A program made the position numbers and the translations under genes. DNA of 64,000 nt from the IMG/VR virus record IMGVR_UViG_3300025141_000030; one strand, written 5' to 3'. This DNA comes from a virus. Every line of letters begins with the position of its first letter. Positions within the stretch are counted from its first letter, which is position 1. Below the pieces are notes generated by a model. That model ran no database searches, was not told the DNA's origin, and saw nothing but the letters and a program-made list of their open reading frames with translations. Positions 10,029-19,218 of the stretch are shown here, piece after piece.

Positions 10029-10826
10029 GTGGCCTCTAAGTTTCGAAGTCAGCTTAAGCCAAACGATGATCGGCGCCTTAAGAAGCTAACATATCAGTTA
10101 AAGTTTTTACGTGAGGAATCTCTAGAAAGAAATGAGTTTCTTTCCCTGTACAGGTTAGAGCTTCGCGAAGCGCTATCAGAGTATCTTGCAGAGCTTGGAC
10201 TTATAGATTCTTCATCAAGCGATCCGGGTGATCCACCTGCACCACCCGATTCAGGAATAGTTCATGACGATAATTTTGATGTGCATCCTAAAGAAGAGGA
10301 TGGCTCGGAAGATGACGAGGAGTCTGAAGACCTCACAGAGCTAAAAAAACTTTATCGAAAAATTGTTACCTTCACACACCCAGACAAAGTGCAGCACATG
10401 ACTGATCTCACTACTGAGGAAAAGCTGGACAGGGCTCAGATATATCGCCAGGCCTGTGAGGCATTTGAGCTTAGAAGGATGGATGATCTCATTGAGCTGG
10501 CCGTGTACCTGGGAATTGACGTTGATATTCCAACGTCTGTTAAGATTGATAGAATTCAGAACCAGATAGATCGAATAACGACAGAGTTGGATTCGATGGC
10601 TAGCATGATCGAGTGGGTATGGGGAAATAACTTTGGTAATAACTTGGTTCGTGCGCGAATACTTGGAGCTGTGTGTCACCAGGTGGGAGTAGAACATCAG
10701 GATGATGAAAAGCTTATTGATTTTATAAGTCGATATGACAGTGAAGAGGCTCGAGCTAATCGCCGTAAAGTGGGTACCCGTCCTGAGAGGCGAGGTCATG
10801 GCGAGGCTCCGAAAAGACGTGAATGA
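10029..10826 (+). CDS. J-domain (DnaJ-like, class C) protein
   Basis: ELKKLYRKIVTFTHPDKV...YRQACEAF matches J-domain helix II, HPD motif and helix III. Confidence 0.7.
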   Translation: MASKFRSQLKPNDDRRLKKLTYQLKFLREESLERNEFLSLYRLELREALSEYLAELGLIDSSSSDPGDPPAPPDSGIVHDDNFDVHPKEEDGSEDDEESEDLTELKKLYRKIVTFTHPDKVQHMTDLTTEEKLDRAQIYRQACEAFELRRMDDLIELAVYLGIDVDIPTSVKIDRIQNQIDRITTELDSMASMIEWVWGNNFGNNLVRARILGAVCHQVGVEHQDDEKLIDFISRYDSEEARANRRKVGTRPERRGHGEAPKRRE

Positions 10827-10830
10827 TGCG

Positions 10831-10858
10831 TGTAAATCTAGCGTATTTTTGATAATAT
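10831..10858 (+). promoter_or_regulatory. TGTAAA-N16-TAATAT promoter-like motif
   Basis: Bipartite motif with fixed spacing, repeated before several replication/metabolic genes. Confidence 0.55.
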
Positions 10859-10864
10859 TAACTC

Positions 10865-13800
10865 ATGGCAATGACTAAAGAAATTTTCTCACGGATCCGG
10901 CCCCCCGACCGGTATGTATCACTTCACAACCACAGCACATTTAGTCCTTTCGACGGCCTAGGTGAACCCAAGGAACACATTGATTTTGTGCTTTCAAATG
11001 AGATGGATTCCTGGGCCCTTACGGATCACGGCAATGGTAACGGCCTGGCACACGCTCACGCCCATGCCAAGAGGCTTAAGTCAAAGGGTCGAAATTTTAG
11101 ACAGATCTACGGGGTCGAGTTTTACTTCGTGCCAGACTTAGCAGAGTGGCAACAGCAGTACAACACATATCGTCAGGAAAAGAAGCGACCTCCAGAGTCC
11201 GAAGACGCCGGTCACGTTGTTGAGGACGCCGATGAGACCAGGTCAAAGCGTTCGGCTACTGATTCCTTTAAGAAGAGATATCATGTTGCTGTGACCGCCT
11301 ATAACCACACAGGCCTCCAGAACCTATTCACGTTGGTCAAGAAGAGCTTTAAGTTTGGCTTCTATAGGTTTCCTCGTATTGACTTTAAGATGCTTAAGGA
11401 GCACTCCGAGGGCCTGACTGTGACGACTGCCTGCGTGGGCGGGTATCCCAGCGGCCTAATATATCAGAGTTTCCCCGATGTTGGATTTATGGACCTTAAG
11501 CCCGATCTTGTGGATGATCCTATTGTCATTCGAGAGATTATGGGGAGACTTGAGAACTGTGTCGATCGATTCGTGGACGCAGTCGGCCAGGAGAATTTCT
11601 TTCTAGAGCTTCAGATGAATAAGATGAACGCCCAGAACCTGACAAATCGGTGTCTGATTGACCTCTCCCAGAAGACGGGTGTTCCTCTTGTCGTCACAAG
11701 CGACGCCCATTATCCAGGTCCAGACTACTGGGAGGCCCGAGAGCTTTATCGTAAGTTACGACCAGGCATGCTGGATAAGGAGGGAGCCAATGTGCTACCT
11801 GCTCTTGAGGAGCTCCAGTCAGAACTATACCCGAAGAATGCCTCACAGATGTGGGAGGAGTACCAACGGCAGTATGCCGATAATGAATTCTACCAGGGCA
11901 CAGAGGAACTAGTCCGTGATGCTATTGAGCGGACTCATGACATGGCCTGGCAACGGTATGAGGAGGTCTGGTTCGACCAGTCAGTTAAGCTCCCATCTTT
12001 TGACAGTCCTGAAAAGTCTGCCTTTAACCAGCTCGTTGACTTGGTCAAGGAGGGCTTGAATCGCGAGGGCCTCTCTGATAACGAGGAGTACCTACAGCGA
12101 GCGTACATGGAACTGTCAGACATTAAGTTTTTGGGCTTTGAGAATTACTTCTTAACTCTTCAAAAGACACTGAAGGTTTCAGAGAACGGCACGCTCCCAG
12201 GTCCAGGCCGAGGCTCCGGTGCCGGATCCTTAGTCAACTATCTTTTAGACATCACGCATGTCGATCCCCTCAAGCACGATCTGCTGTGGGAGCGATTCTT
12301 GCATCGAAACAAGGCCGGCTGGCCTGATATTGACCTAGACATTGGCAATCGTGATGTGGTTATTGATGCCGCCAGGCAGCTGTTTGGTGATGATTCGGTC
12401 ATCCCAGTGTCGAATTTTAACACCCTAAAACTTAAGTCGCTGGTCAAGGATGTCTCTAAGTTCTATGGCATTCCGTTTCATGAGGTCAATGCCGTGACAG
12501 GACCGCTGGAATCCGAGGTCCAGAATAAGGCTCGCGATCCTAACATGGAGAAGTCAATGTTTGTGCTTCGACACGAGGACTGCATGAAGTACTCTTCCCG
12601 GTATCGTGAGTTCATGCAGGCATATCCACAGGTAGAGGAGAAGGTTGTTGACCTATTCATGCAGAATAGGTCCATCGGCCGCCATGCCGGTGGCGTGCTA
12701 ATTTGTCCTGAGCTCGAACGACACATGCCTGTTATCAAGGTTCGCGGAGAATTTCAGACATCCTGGTCAGAGGGTGTCAATATTCGTAACCTGGAGGAGA
12801 ACGGATTTTTAAAGTTTGACTTCCTAGGGCTCAAACAGATGAAGATGGTGGAGGACTGCATTAGGCAGATTGTAGCTAAGAACCTGGGCCGAGAACCTAG
12901 TTTTAGTGAGGTCAAGGCCTTCTATGATGAAAACCTCAACTGTAGGTACCACGAGCCGGAAGATGCCAGCGTGTTTAGCTATGTCTACCAGCAGGGGCGT
13001 TGGCCTGGAATCTTTCAGTTTACTTCGACAGGGGCCCGTAAGTTCTGCGTAGCCGCACAGCCAAAAAATATTACCGAGCTCGCCGCGATCACTGCTATCT
13101 ATCGGCCCGGCCCGCTCAAGGCCAACGTGCACATCAAGTATGTTAAGGCCAGGAGGGACCCAAGCTCAGTCGAGTTTGACCATCCGGTACTGAAGGATGT
13201 GCTAGGCCCAACCTACGGTTTTATCGTGTTTCAGGAGCAGTTCATGCTCCTGGCCCAGAAGCTCGCTGGTTTTACTCCAGGCGAGTCCGACAAGATGAGA
13301 AAGACCCTTGTCAAGAAGGACCTGACCTCCCTCGGTAAGAAGGTCACCGAGAAAGAGGAACTCCGCAAGAAGTTTGTTAGCGGCGCTGTCGAGGTTGGAA
13401 ATATGCCCCGTCGTGATGCCGAGAGCCTATTTGAGAAGATTGCGTTCTTCTCACTGTACGGCTTTAATAAATCACACGCCGTGGCGTATGCCATCGCCTC
13501 CTATTATGGAGCATGGCTGATGACACACTACGAACACGAGTGGCTTTCAACCTGCCTGCAGTCTGAGAATCACAACGTCAAGAAGCTTCCAGTCATGATT
13601 GCCGAGATTAAAAAGCTCGGATATAAGTTCGCCTCTGCTGATATTAACTTGTCAGGCCGAACGTGGACATACTCACTCGAGGCAAAGGCTCTCGTTCCAC
13701 CGCTTAGCTCATTCAAGGGTGTCGGTGATGCTGCCATGGGGGAGATCCTAGAGAATCGACCGTATCGAAATCTTGACGAGCTGCTTTATGACGAGACAGG

Positions 13801-14419
13801 AGCGTGGAAGCACTCCAAGATGAATAAGCGCTGCTTTGCAGCACTGACAAAGATGGAGGCGTTTGGGTCACTCGAGGAGTTTGATGCCGGTATCCTAAAT
13901 AACCATCGGCAGATGCACGACCTTATTATTGAAAATTACGATGTGTTAAAGAAGAATCGCTATGGGATGTCTATTCGAAAGGCGAGAAAGCTCGATGCAC
14001 CATCCCAGCTTCCTCCTCTGCTGGGTGCTGTTTCAAATATCGAAGACTGGACCCGCGTCGAGAAGATTTCAAATTTTGCCGAGATTGGTGGCTCCGTAAA
14101 CGAGGAGCTTGTTTTCCCAGCAGAGGTGATGGCAAAAATTGAGGAGTCTCAGCTTCCATCCCTTCCGAGTCTATCAGGAAACATTAGGAAAATTGCATGG
14201 GGATGCCTGCAGGATATTATCAAGAAGACGTCTAAGAACGGCAAGACATTTTACAGAATCAAGGTGATCGATCCGCAGAGCAACTACTGTTGGCTTAGGG
14301 TCTGGGGTGATATTCCCCCGGCCGCTGCACCTTACACTATTTGGATCTTTGACGTGTCTAATAACGAACAGTGGGGCGCCAGCACCAATTCATCTAAAAT
14401 GAGGCCTGTCGTTGTCTAA
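10865..14419 (+). CDS. dnaE: DNA polymerase III alpha subunit
   Basis: PHP domain (HNHS..DG, TDHG, GVEFY, DAHY), GRGSGAGSL, catalytic PDIDLD, KFDFLGL, YGFNKSHAVAY. Confidence 0.95.
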   Translation: MAMTKEIFSRIRPPDRYVSLHNHSTFSPFDGLGEPKEHIDFVLSNEMDSWALTDHGNGNGLAHAHAHAKRLKSKGRNFRQIYGVEFYFVPDLAEWQQQYNTYRQEKKRPPESEDAGHVVEDADETRSKRSATDSFKKRYHVAVTAYNHTGLQNLFTLVKKSFKFGFYRFPRIDFKMLKEHSEGLTVTTACVGGYPSGLIYQSFPDVGFMDLKPDLVDDPIVIREIMGRLENCVDRFVDAVGQENFFLELQMNKMNAQNLTNRCLIDLSQKTGVPLVVTSDAHYPGPDYWEARELYRKLRPGMLDKEGANVLPALEELQSELYPKNASQMWEEYQRQYADNEFYQGTEELVRDAIERTHDMAWQRYEEVWFDQSVKLPSFDSPEKSAFNQLVDLVKEGLNREGLSDNEEYLQRAYMELSDIKFLGFENYFLTLQKTLKVSENGTLPGPGRGSGAGSLVNYLLDITHVDPLKHDLLWERFLHRNKAGWPDIDLDIGNRDVVIDAARQLFGDDSVIPVSNFNTLKLKSLVKDVSKFYGIPFHEVNAVTGPLESEVQNKARDPNMEKSMFVLRHEDCMKYSSRYREFMQAYPQVEEKVVDLFMQNRSIGRHAGGVLICPELERHMPVIKVRGEFQTSWSEGVNIRNLEENGFLKFDFLGLKQMKMVEDCIRQIVAKNLGREPSFSEVKAFYDENLNCRYHEPEDASVFSYVYQQGRWPGIFQFTSTGARKFCVAAQPKNITELAAITAIYRPGPLKANVHIKYVKARRDPSSVEFDHPVLKDVLGPTYGFIVFQEQFMLLAQKLAGFTPGESDKMRKTLVKKDLTSLGKKVTEKEELRKKFVSGAVEVGNMPRRDAESLFEKIAFFSLYGFNKSHAVAYAIASYYGAWLMTHYEHEWLSTCLQSENHNVKKLPVMIAEIKKLGYKFASADINLSGRTWTYSLEAKALVPPLSSFKGVGDAAMGEILENRPYRNLDELLYDETGAWKHSKMNKRCFAALTKMEAFGSLEEFDAGILNNHRQMHDLIIENYDVLKKNRYGMSIRKARKLDAPSQLPPLLGAVSNIEDWTRVEKISNFAEIGGSVNEELVFPAEVMAKIEESQLPSLPSLSGNIRKIAWGCLQDIIKKTSKNGKTFYRIKVIDPQSNYCWLRVWGDIPPAAAPYTIWIFDVSNNEQWGASTNSSKMRPVVV

Positions 14420-14475
14420 TACAAATAACCAGTGCTATGTATGATAGTATATTAATCTGTCAGGAGGGTGTTTTT

Positions 14476-14676
14476 ATGAGAAGTTTTGATGAGGTAGTGT
14501 TTAGGTCTATTATGGAAACTATTGACGGTGTTCGAGATGATATTAATCTCGCCTCTGAGCCGGCAAAGAATGCTATTACTGTGGAAATTTTTGAGAGTGT
14601 CATGAGTGCTTGTAGCGATTTTTTAATCTCTTTTCGTGCTGACGGTGAAGAAGATGTGCTTATGCTAGGCGACTGA
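14476..14676 (+). CDS. hypothetical protein
   Basis: AGGAGG RBS before in-frame ATG 14476. Confidence 0.55.
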   Translation: MRSFDEVVFRSIMETIDGVRDDINLASEPAKNAITVEIFESVMSACSDFLISFRADGEEDVLMLGD

Positions 14677-14677
14677 T

Positions 14678-15247
14678 ATGAGCCCAAGAGCGAATCCTGA
14701 GCTGGTCATTTTTACGGGACCCATGTTTAGCTCGAAGACGACTAGGCTTTTAGACATCTTGGATAGGTCTACCTATCAGAAAAAGAAGTCAATTTTATTT
14801 AAGGCCAGCATGGACAATAGGTATTCTAGGTCCGCCGTCTGCACCCATTCGGGTGTTAAGATGGAGGGCATTGCTATTGATTCCGGATCTTCGCTGCTGG
14901 AATTCCTATCCCAGTCAGATGAGGTCTATGACACCATCGCCGTCGATGAGGCATTTATGATCGAGGGTGTGGCTGAGGTTCTTGTTTGGTTGTTTAAGAG
15001 GGGAGTTAACATTTATGTGTCATCGCTAGCACTTTCATATAGCGTTAGTGTTTTTGATGAGATGAGTGTTTTGTTACCGTGGGCAACAAGGGTTGAGGTC
15101 TGCACCGCAGTTTGTACAAAGTGTGGGAGTGACGCGTTTTATACCCATAAGAAATGTGACGATGGGAAAGTGATCGCCGTGGGCGGTGATGATATGTACG
15201 AGCCTAGGTGTTGGAAGCACCATCTTATTAGTGAGCAGGATGATTAA
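14678..15247 (+). CDS. tdk: thymidine kinase
   Basis: GPMFSSKTTRL P-loop, DNRY, VDEAFM, CxxC zinc site, GGDDMYEPRC. Confidence 0.92.
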   Translation: MSPRANPELVIFTGPMFSSKTTRLLDILDRSTYQKKKSILFKASMDNRYSRSAVCTHSGVKMEGIAIDSGSSLLEFLSQSDEVYDTIAVDEAFMIEGVAEVLVWLFKRGVNIYVSSLALSYSVSVFDEMSVLLPWATRVEVCTAVCTKCGSDAFYTHKKCDDGKVIAVGGDDMYEPRCWKHHLISEQDD

Positions 15248-15258
15248 CAGGAATTAGT

Positions 15259-16200
15259 ATGATTGAACCTACAAGCGTAAATTGCGTGATTTATCATGCC
15301 GACTGTACCGATGGTTTTGGTGCGGCATACGCTGCATGGAAGCAGCTCGGCAACAGGGCTGAATATCACCCCTGTAAGCACGGGTCTGCTCCACCGAACG
15401 TGAAGGACAAGGTAGTCGCGATTCTGGATTTCTCATTTGACAATGAGACTACCAAGAAGATGATTGTAGATGCCACTGACCTGATCGTGATTGATCATCA
15501 CAAGTCTGCGATGGTAGAACTACACGATATTACTAATACGCACTTTGACATGGCGAAGTCCGGTGCGATGCTGTCATGGGATTTTTTCCATCCAGGCAAG
15601 GAGTCACCAAAGTTTATCCAGTATATCCAGGACCGTGACCTCTGGAAGTGGGAGCTTCCGTACTCCAAGGAGTTTAGCGCAGCATTTGACATGGTGCCCT
15701 TCGAGTTCGAGGAGTTTGAGAAGTTTGAGGACGACTCTGTCTTCGATGACGCCGTTAAGCGAGGATCCTATATTCTTGCGTACTCTAAGACTGTTGTCAA
15801 GAAGGTGTGTGACAAGGCCTCATCTAGGAAGTTTGATGGCATGGATGTCATGGTTGTAAATTCCTCTCACTGGATGTCAGAGATTGGTGCTAGGCTGGCC
15901 CCTGACTGCGACTTCGCGATGATCTGGTATTATGACCATGAGGATAAGTTTATTAAGGTCAGCCTGCGATCTTTTCATGACAAGATTGATGTGTCTGAAA
16001 TATCCAAGAAGTTTGGGGGAGGCGGCCATCGAAAGGCCGCGGGCTTCCAGCTTCCAGGTAATGCCATCGTTGATGACCTATTTGACAAGAGGACAACAAG
16101 TGGACGACGAAAGAAAAAAACAGCTACGCCAAAGAATTCAGGAGGCGGGTCAAAGGCTGGAGGGAAAGCTCCCACCAAGTCCGATGCATCCAAGGGGTAG
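15259..16200 (+). CDS. DHH/DHHA1 family phosphoesterase
   Basis: YHADCTDG, IDHH, DRDLW, SLRS and GGGGHRKAAGF motifs. Confidence 0.88.
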   Translation: MIEPTSVNCVIYHADCTDGFGAAYAAWKQLGNRAEYHPCKHGSAPPNVKDKVVAILDFSFDNETTKKMIVDATDLIVIDHHKSAMVELHDITNTHFDMAKSGAMLSWDFFHPGKESPKFIQYIQDRDLWKWELPYSKEFSAAFDMVPFEFEEFEKFEDDSVFDDAVKRGSYILAYSKTVVKKVCDKASSRKFDGMDVMVVNSSHWMSEIGARLAPDCDFAMIWYYDHEDKFIKVSLRSFHDKIDVSEISKKFGGGGHRKAAGFQLPGNAIVDDLFDKRTTSGRRKKKTATPKNSGGGSKAGGKAPTKSDASKG

Positions 16201-16327
16201 GAATCCTTACGCCCATATCGCAAAGGTGATAAAGGGTGTCCTGGGCATGTCATACACAGAGGCTCCCAACGAGCTGTACGATGATGTCATGGGAATAATT
16301 GAGCACTGCGAGCGGAATCCATTCTAG
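16100..16327 (+). CDS. small phage protein overlapping the 3' end of the DHH gene
   Basis: AGAGGA RBS then GTG 16100; LPPSPMHPRGRNPYAHIA...SY motif that I recall from marine phage small proteins. Confidence 0.6.
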   Translation: MDDERKKQLRQRIQEAGQRLEGKLPPSPMHPRGRNPYAHIAKVIKGVLGMSYTEAPNELYDDVMGIIEHCERNPF

Positions 16328-16335
16328 GACTTGCT

Positions 16336-16524
16336 GTGGAAATAATGATTGTAGTACTTTGTATCGCCGCCGCATTCTACGCCTGGAGTCGATCGAGAAT
16401 GTCGACGCATCTCCTGAGGTTTCAAATTTATGTCCTGTCAAAGAGTATAACAGAATCCCTTCACCGCACTGAAGAGAATTGTCGACAGATGGAGGGTAAT
16501 AATGAGCCGCCCGACATGGGATGA
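16336..16524 (+). CDS. small membrane protein
   Basis: N-terminal hydrophobic helix; AGGA RBS. Confidence 0.4.
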   Translation: MEIMIVVLCIAAAFYAWSRSRMSTHLLRFQIYVLSKSITESLHRTEENCRQMEGNNEPPDMG

Positions 16525-16924
16525 GATCTGGATGGGCGTTGCGATGATAATCGCCCGAAGGTCGGTCGATCCAAGGAATAAGGTGGGCGCCGTCATTGTC
16601 AACCATGACGGTACACAGGTTCTCTCCGTGGGATATAATGGTGATTATAAGGGAGGGCCTAATATTGTAGAGTCTCACGATCCCGGGGAGTCAGGCATGA
16701 TACACGCCGAGATTAATGCGCTCATTAAGCTGGACTACAACTATCCTCAGGACAAGGTGATGTACCTGACACTGTCTCCATGTCGAATGTGTGCCAAGTC
16801 CATTGTTAACGCTGGAATTGGTGAGGTGGTCTACAGTCAGGAGTATCGAGACACCTCAGGAGTGGACATACTTCAGGCCGCTGGGATAAAAGTCAGGAAG
16901 TTCCCTTCGGATAACAATATTTAA
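16502..16924 (+). CDS. dCMP deaminase
   Basis: RPTWDE, KVGAVIV, GYNG, HAEINA and SPCRMC zinc motifs. Confidence 0.92.
   Translation: MSRPTWDEIWMGVAMIIARRSVDPRNKVGAVIVNHDGTQVLSVGYNGDYKGGPNIVESHDPGESGMIHAEINALIKLDYNYPQDKVMYLTLSPCRMCAKSIVNAGIGEVVYSQEYRDTSGVDILQAAGIKVRKFPSDNNI
16918..16923 (+). promoter_or_regulatory. TANTTA putative late-promoter motif
   Basis: TATTTA upstream of ATG 16960, heading a cluster of leader-bearing genes. Confidence 0.45.
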
Positions 16925-16959
16925 TTGGTGTACCTTTGTATTGGTTAGGGATGTGAAAT

Positions 16960-18228
16960 ATGACTAGAAAAACTTACGTTCAGCAAATGTGCGAGATGGT
17001 TGAGGGGCTTTATCCCGAATCCGACGTTCTCGCTCTTAATGAGCGCCGCCTCGGGCCGTTTTTGTTTGAGGCTTCTGCTGCGGAGATCAGGGACCAGGCG
17101 AAGGAGCTCCGCGATGAAGTCGCTGTTACTCGTGAGAGGCTCGACAAGACTGTCGCTCTGATGCCTGATTCTATGGGCTATACACGAAATTTCTTTGAAA
17201 AGGTGATAGCAGGAATGCCCAGCGCCTCGAAGATTGCCAATCAGATGGCCGGCGGCGATATGGATGAGATGAAGGCCACCGTCGCGTTGGTGGGTACGCA
17301 GCTTGCCAATGTCGACGCGATTGAGAGTGTTTTTAGGGCCGGTGCAAACGAGCTGAATACTGTGCTCGATACCCTTCCGTCCTGGTCCTCCGCTGGCGCT
17401 AACGAGACTATTAAACAGCTTATAGATGGCGATGATGAGCTGGAGGAAAAGAATTTTGAGAGCGTCTTTCAGAGGAACTGGCGTCCCGCATCCCAGGATG
17501 CTGGTTTTTTAAAGAGCGCCACTCGTGCTATTAGTCGGTGGTTTAGTAGCGATAAGCTTATGACCTGGGCTGGACTGGATCCCAAGCGTGTCTTTCCTGA
17601 AATGATAGCACTCAAGAAGGAAGACTTTGAGAGCCTCATTGAGGGACTGCCTGCTGAACGTGAGTCTGTTGGGGCTGACGACGAGGAAGTTATCGTGTCA
17701 GCGGCCGAGGAGACGACAGAGGCACCCGGCGGCGCTGACGACGCCGGTGAAGCTGAAGGTGGTGAAGCTGAAGGTGGTGAAACTGAAGGTGGTGAAGCTG
17801 AAGGTGGTGAAGCTGAAGGTGGTGAAGCTGAAGGCGGAGAGGAAGGCACCGGAGACGAGGCCGATCCCGAGGATGTGGATGCACCTGGATCGACGCCTGA
17901 GCTAAAGATTAGAAAGAACTCGAGGGAGGCGATGGGTCGTGCTAAGGCTAGGATTGAAAAGCTTCGTACCGCTATTGCTGCCTATGAGACCAGTCTCGAT
18001 TCACCTGCCCGAACTACCGCGGCCAGAGAAGCCCGTGAGGAACTACGTGTGGCTATCGCCGATATTATCGACAGTCTTGCCGGCCAGGACGTGGTCTCCG
18101 AGGGTCGAATGGATGACAGGGAGCTGCTTGGACTTGCCAAGGACATCGTGGCCGAGTCAACGAGCGCTGGAATTACTCGACAGGTGGACGACTACAGGCG
18201 CTGGCGCCAACTTGCCGGCATGGTGTAG
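16960..18228 (+). CDS. acidic hypothetical protein, possible head/core protein
   Basis: LxE motifs near the N-terminus, (GEAEG)n tract, C-terminal RRWRQLAG motif. Confidence 0.6.
   Translation: MTRKTYVQQMCEMVEGLYPESDVLALNERRLGPFLFEASAAEIRDQAKELRDEVAVTRERLDKTVALMPDSMGYTRNFFEKVIAGMPSASKIANQMAGGDMDEMKATVALVGTQLANVDAIESVFRAGANELNTVLDTLPSWSSAGANETIKQLIDGDDELEEKNFESVFQRNWRPASQDAGFLKSATRAISRWFSSDKLMTWAGLDPKRVFPEMIALKKEDFESLIEGLPAERESVGADDEEVIVSAAEETTEAPGGADDAGEAEGGEAEGGETEGGEAEGGEAEGGEAEGGEEGTGDEADPEDVDAPGSTPELKIRKNSREAMGRAKARIEKLRTAIAAYETSLDSPARTTAAREAREELRVAIADIIDSLAGQDVVSEGRMDDRELLGLAKDIVAESTSAGITRQVDDYRRWRQLAGMV
17746..17835 (+). repeat. 15-bp tandem repeat GGTGAAGCTGAAGGT x6 (encodes GEAEG)
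   Basis: Six consecutive units, two with single substitutions. Confidence 0.95.
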
Positions 18229-18230
18229 CC

Positions 18231-18509
18231 GTGGGCAAGCTGACCGATAGCGAGATTATTGGTCTCATCCGCGAGGAGTACCAGAAGAAGGTGCGAGAGG
18301 TCGTGGATGAACTGGACTCTTTTATCAAGCTGGGAGCATCGGGCGATGTCAATATCCTCAGTCCAGGCCTGAAGATTAGAGATCGCGATGCCGGCCTGCT
18401 TTATACAATAGAACTCGTTCGTCCCGACGGCTGTCAGGTGGTCAGTGCCGTCGGCGTTGAGTTCTTTATCAAGAACGACGAACTTCGAGACAGGTATATA
18501 CTCGACTAG
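18231..18509 (+). CDS. hypothetical protein with conserved leader
   Basis: MGKLTDSEIIGLIREE. Confidence 0.6.
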   Translation: MGKLTDSEIIGLIREEYQKKVREVVDELDSFIKLGASGDVNILSPGLKIRDRDAGLLYTIELVRPDGCQVVSAVGVEFFIKNDELRDRYILD

Positions 18510-18518
18510 GGAGCTGCT

Positions 18519-19214
18519 ATGGATTATAAGGATATCACTAAAAATATACGTGAGTCGATGGGACTCCCCAATGACGAGGCTGAGAAGGAAACGCTTACCG
18601 AGGCTTTTGTAGCCCAGCCTAAGAAGTTCGATCTCGGCACCGAGAAGCTCAGTCAAAAGACGAAGACAGCACACCTGGAGCTCTATAACAACTATATATC
18701 GTGCTTCAATCGCACCTCAGCTGAACTGGATGGGGTTTCACGCGACGACGCTAACTCATCGTGCTCCCTTTTTAGGGACATCAAGCTGGCCGAACAGTTT
18801 AACATGGGCGCAGTCTACTTGCACGAACTTTACTTTGCCAATATCGCCTCTCACGCCTCGGAGCTGTCCATGGACTCCCTCACCTATATGCGACTTGCTC
18901 GCGACTGGGGATCGTTCGACCTGTGGCAGCGGGATTTTATCGCCTGCGCCATGTCAGCTCGTTCCGGCTGGGCAGTCTGCTGCTACAACACATACATCCA
19001 GGGCTATGTCAACGTTATAGTCGACGGCCACACTGGAAACGTGCCGATGGGATGCATTCCAGTTATTGTGATGGACATGTGGGAGCATGCCTACTACAAG
19101 GACTACCTCAATAATAAGAAGCAGTACCTCTATAACATGATGAGTGAGCTCAACTGGGACGTTATCGAGAATCGAGTCAAGCGCGCCGAGCGGATGGCGC
19201 AGGTTGCGAGGTGA
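18519..19214 (+). CDS. Fe/Mn superoxide dismutase family protein
   Basis: AHLELY, LHELYF, WGSFDLW, SGWA and DMWEHAYY motifs; N-terminal extension ending LTEA. Confidence 0.85.
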   Translation: MDYKDITKNIRESMGLPNDEAEKETLTEAFVAQPKKFDLGTEKLSQKTKTAHLELYNNYISCFNRTSAELDGVSRDDANSSCSLFRDIKLAEQFNMGAVYLHELYFANIASHASELSMDSLTYMRLARDWGSFDLWQRDFIACAMSARSGWAVCCYNTYIQGYVNVIVDGHTGNVPMGCIPVIVMDMWEHAYYKDYLNNKKQYLYNMMSELNWDVIENRVKRAERMAQVAR

Positions 19215-19218
19215 CACC

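Noticed and set aside
10865-14419. Intein or intron in dnaE
   Set aside because: No intein termini (C...HN) or LAGLIDADG block seen; motif spacing is continuous
17746-17835. Tandem repeat as a possible CRISPR array
   Set aside because: The units are contiguous 15-mers without spacers and lie in frame within a CDS (GEAEG)
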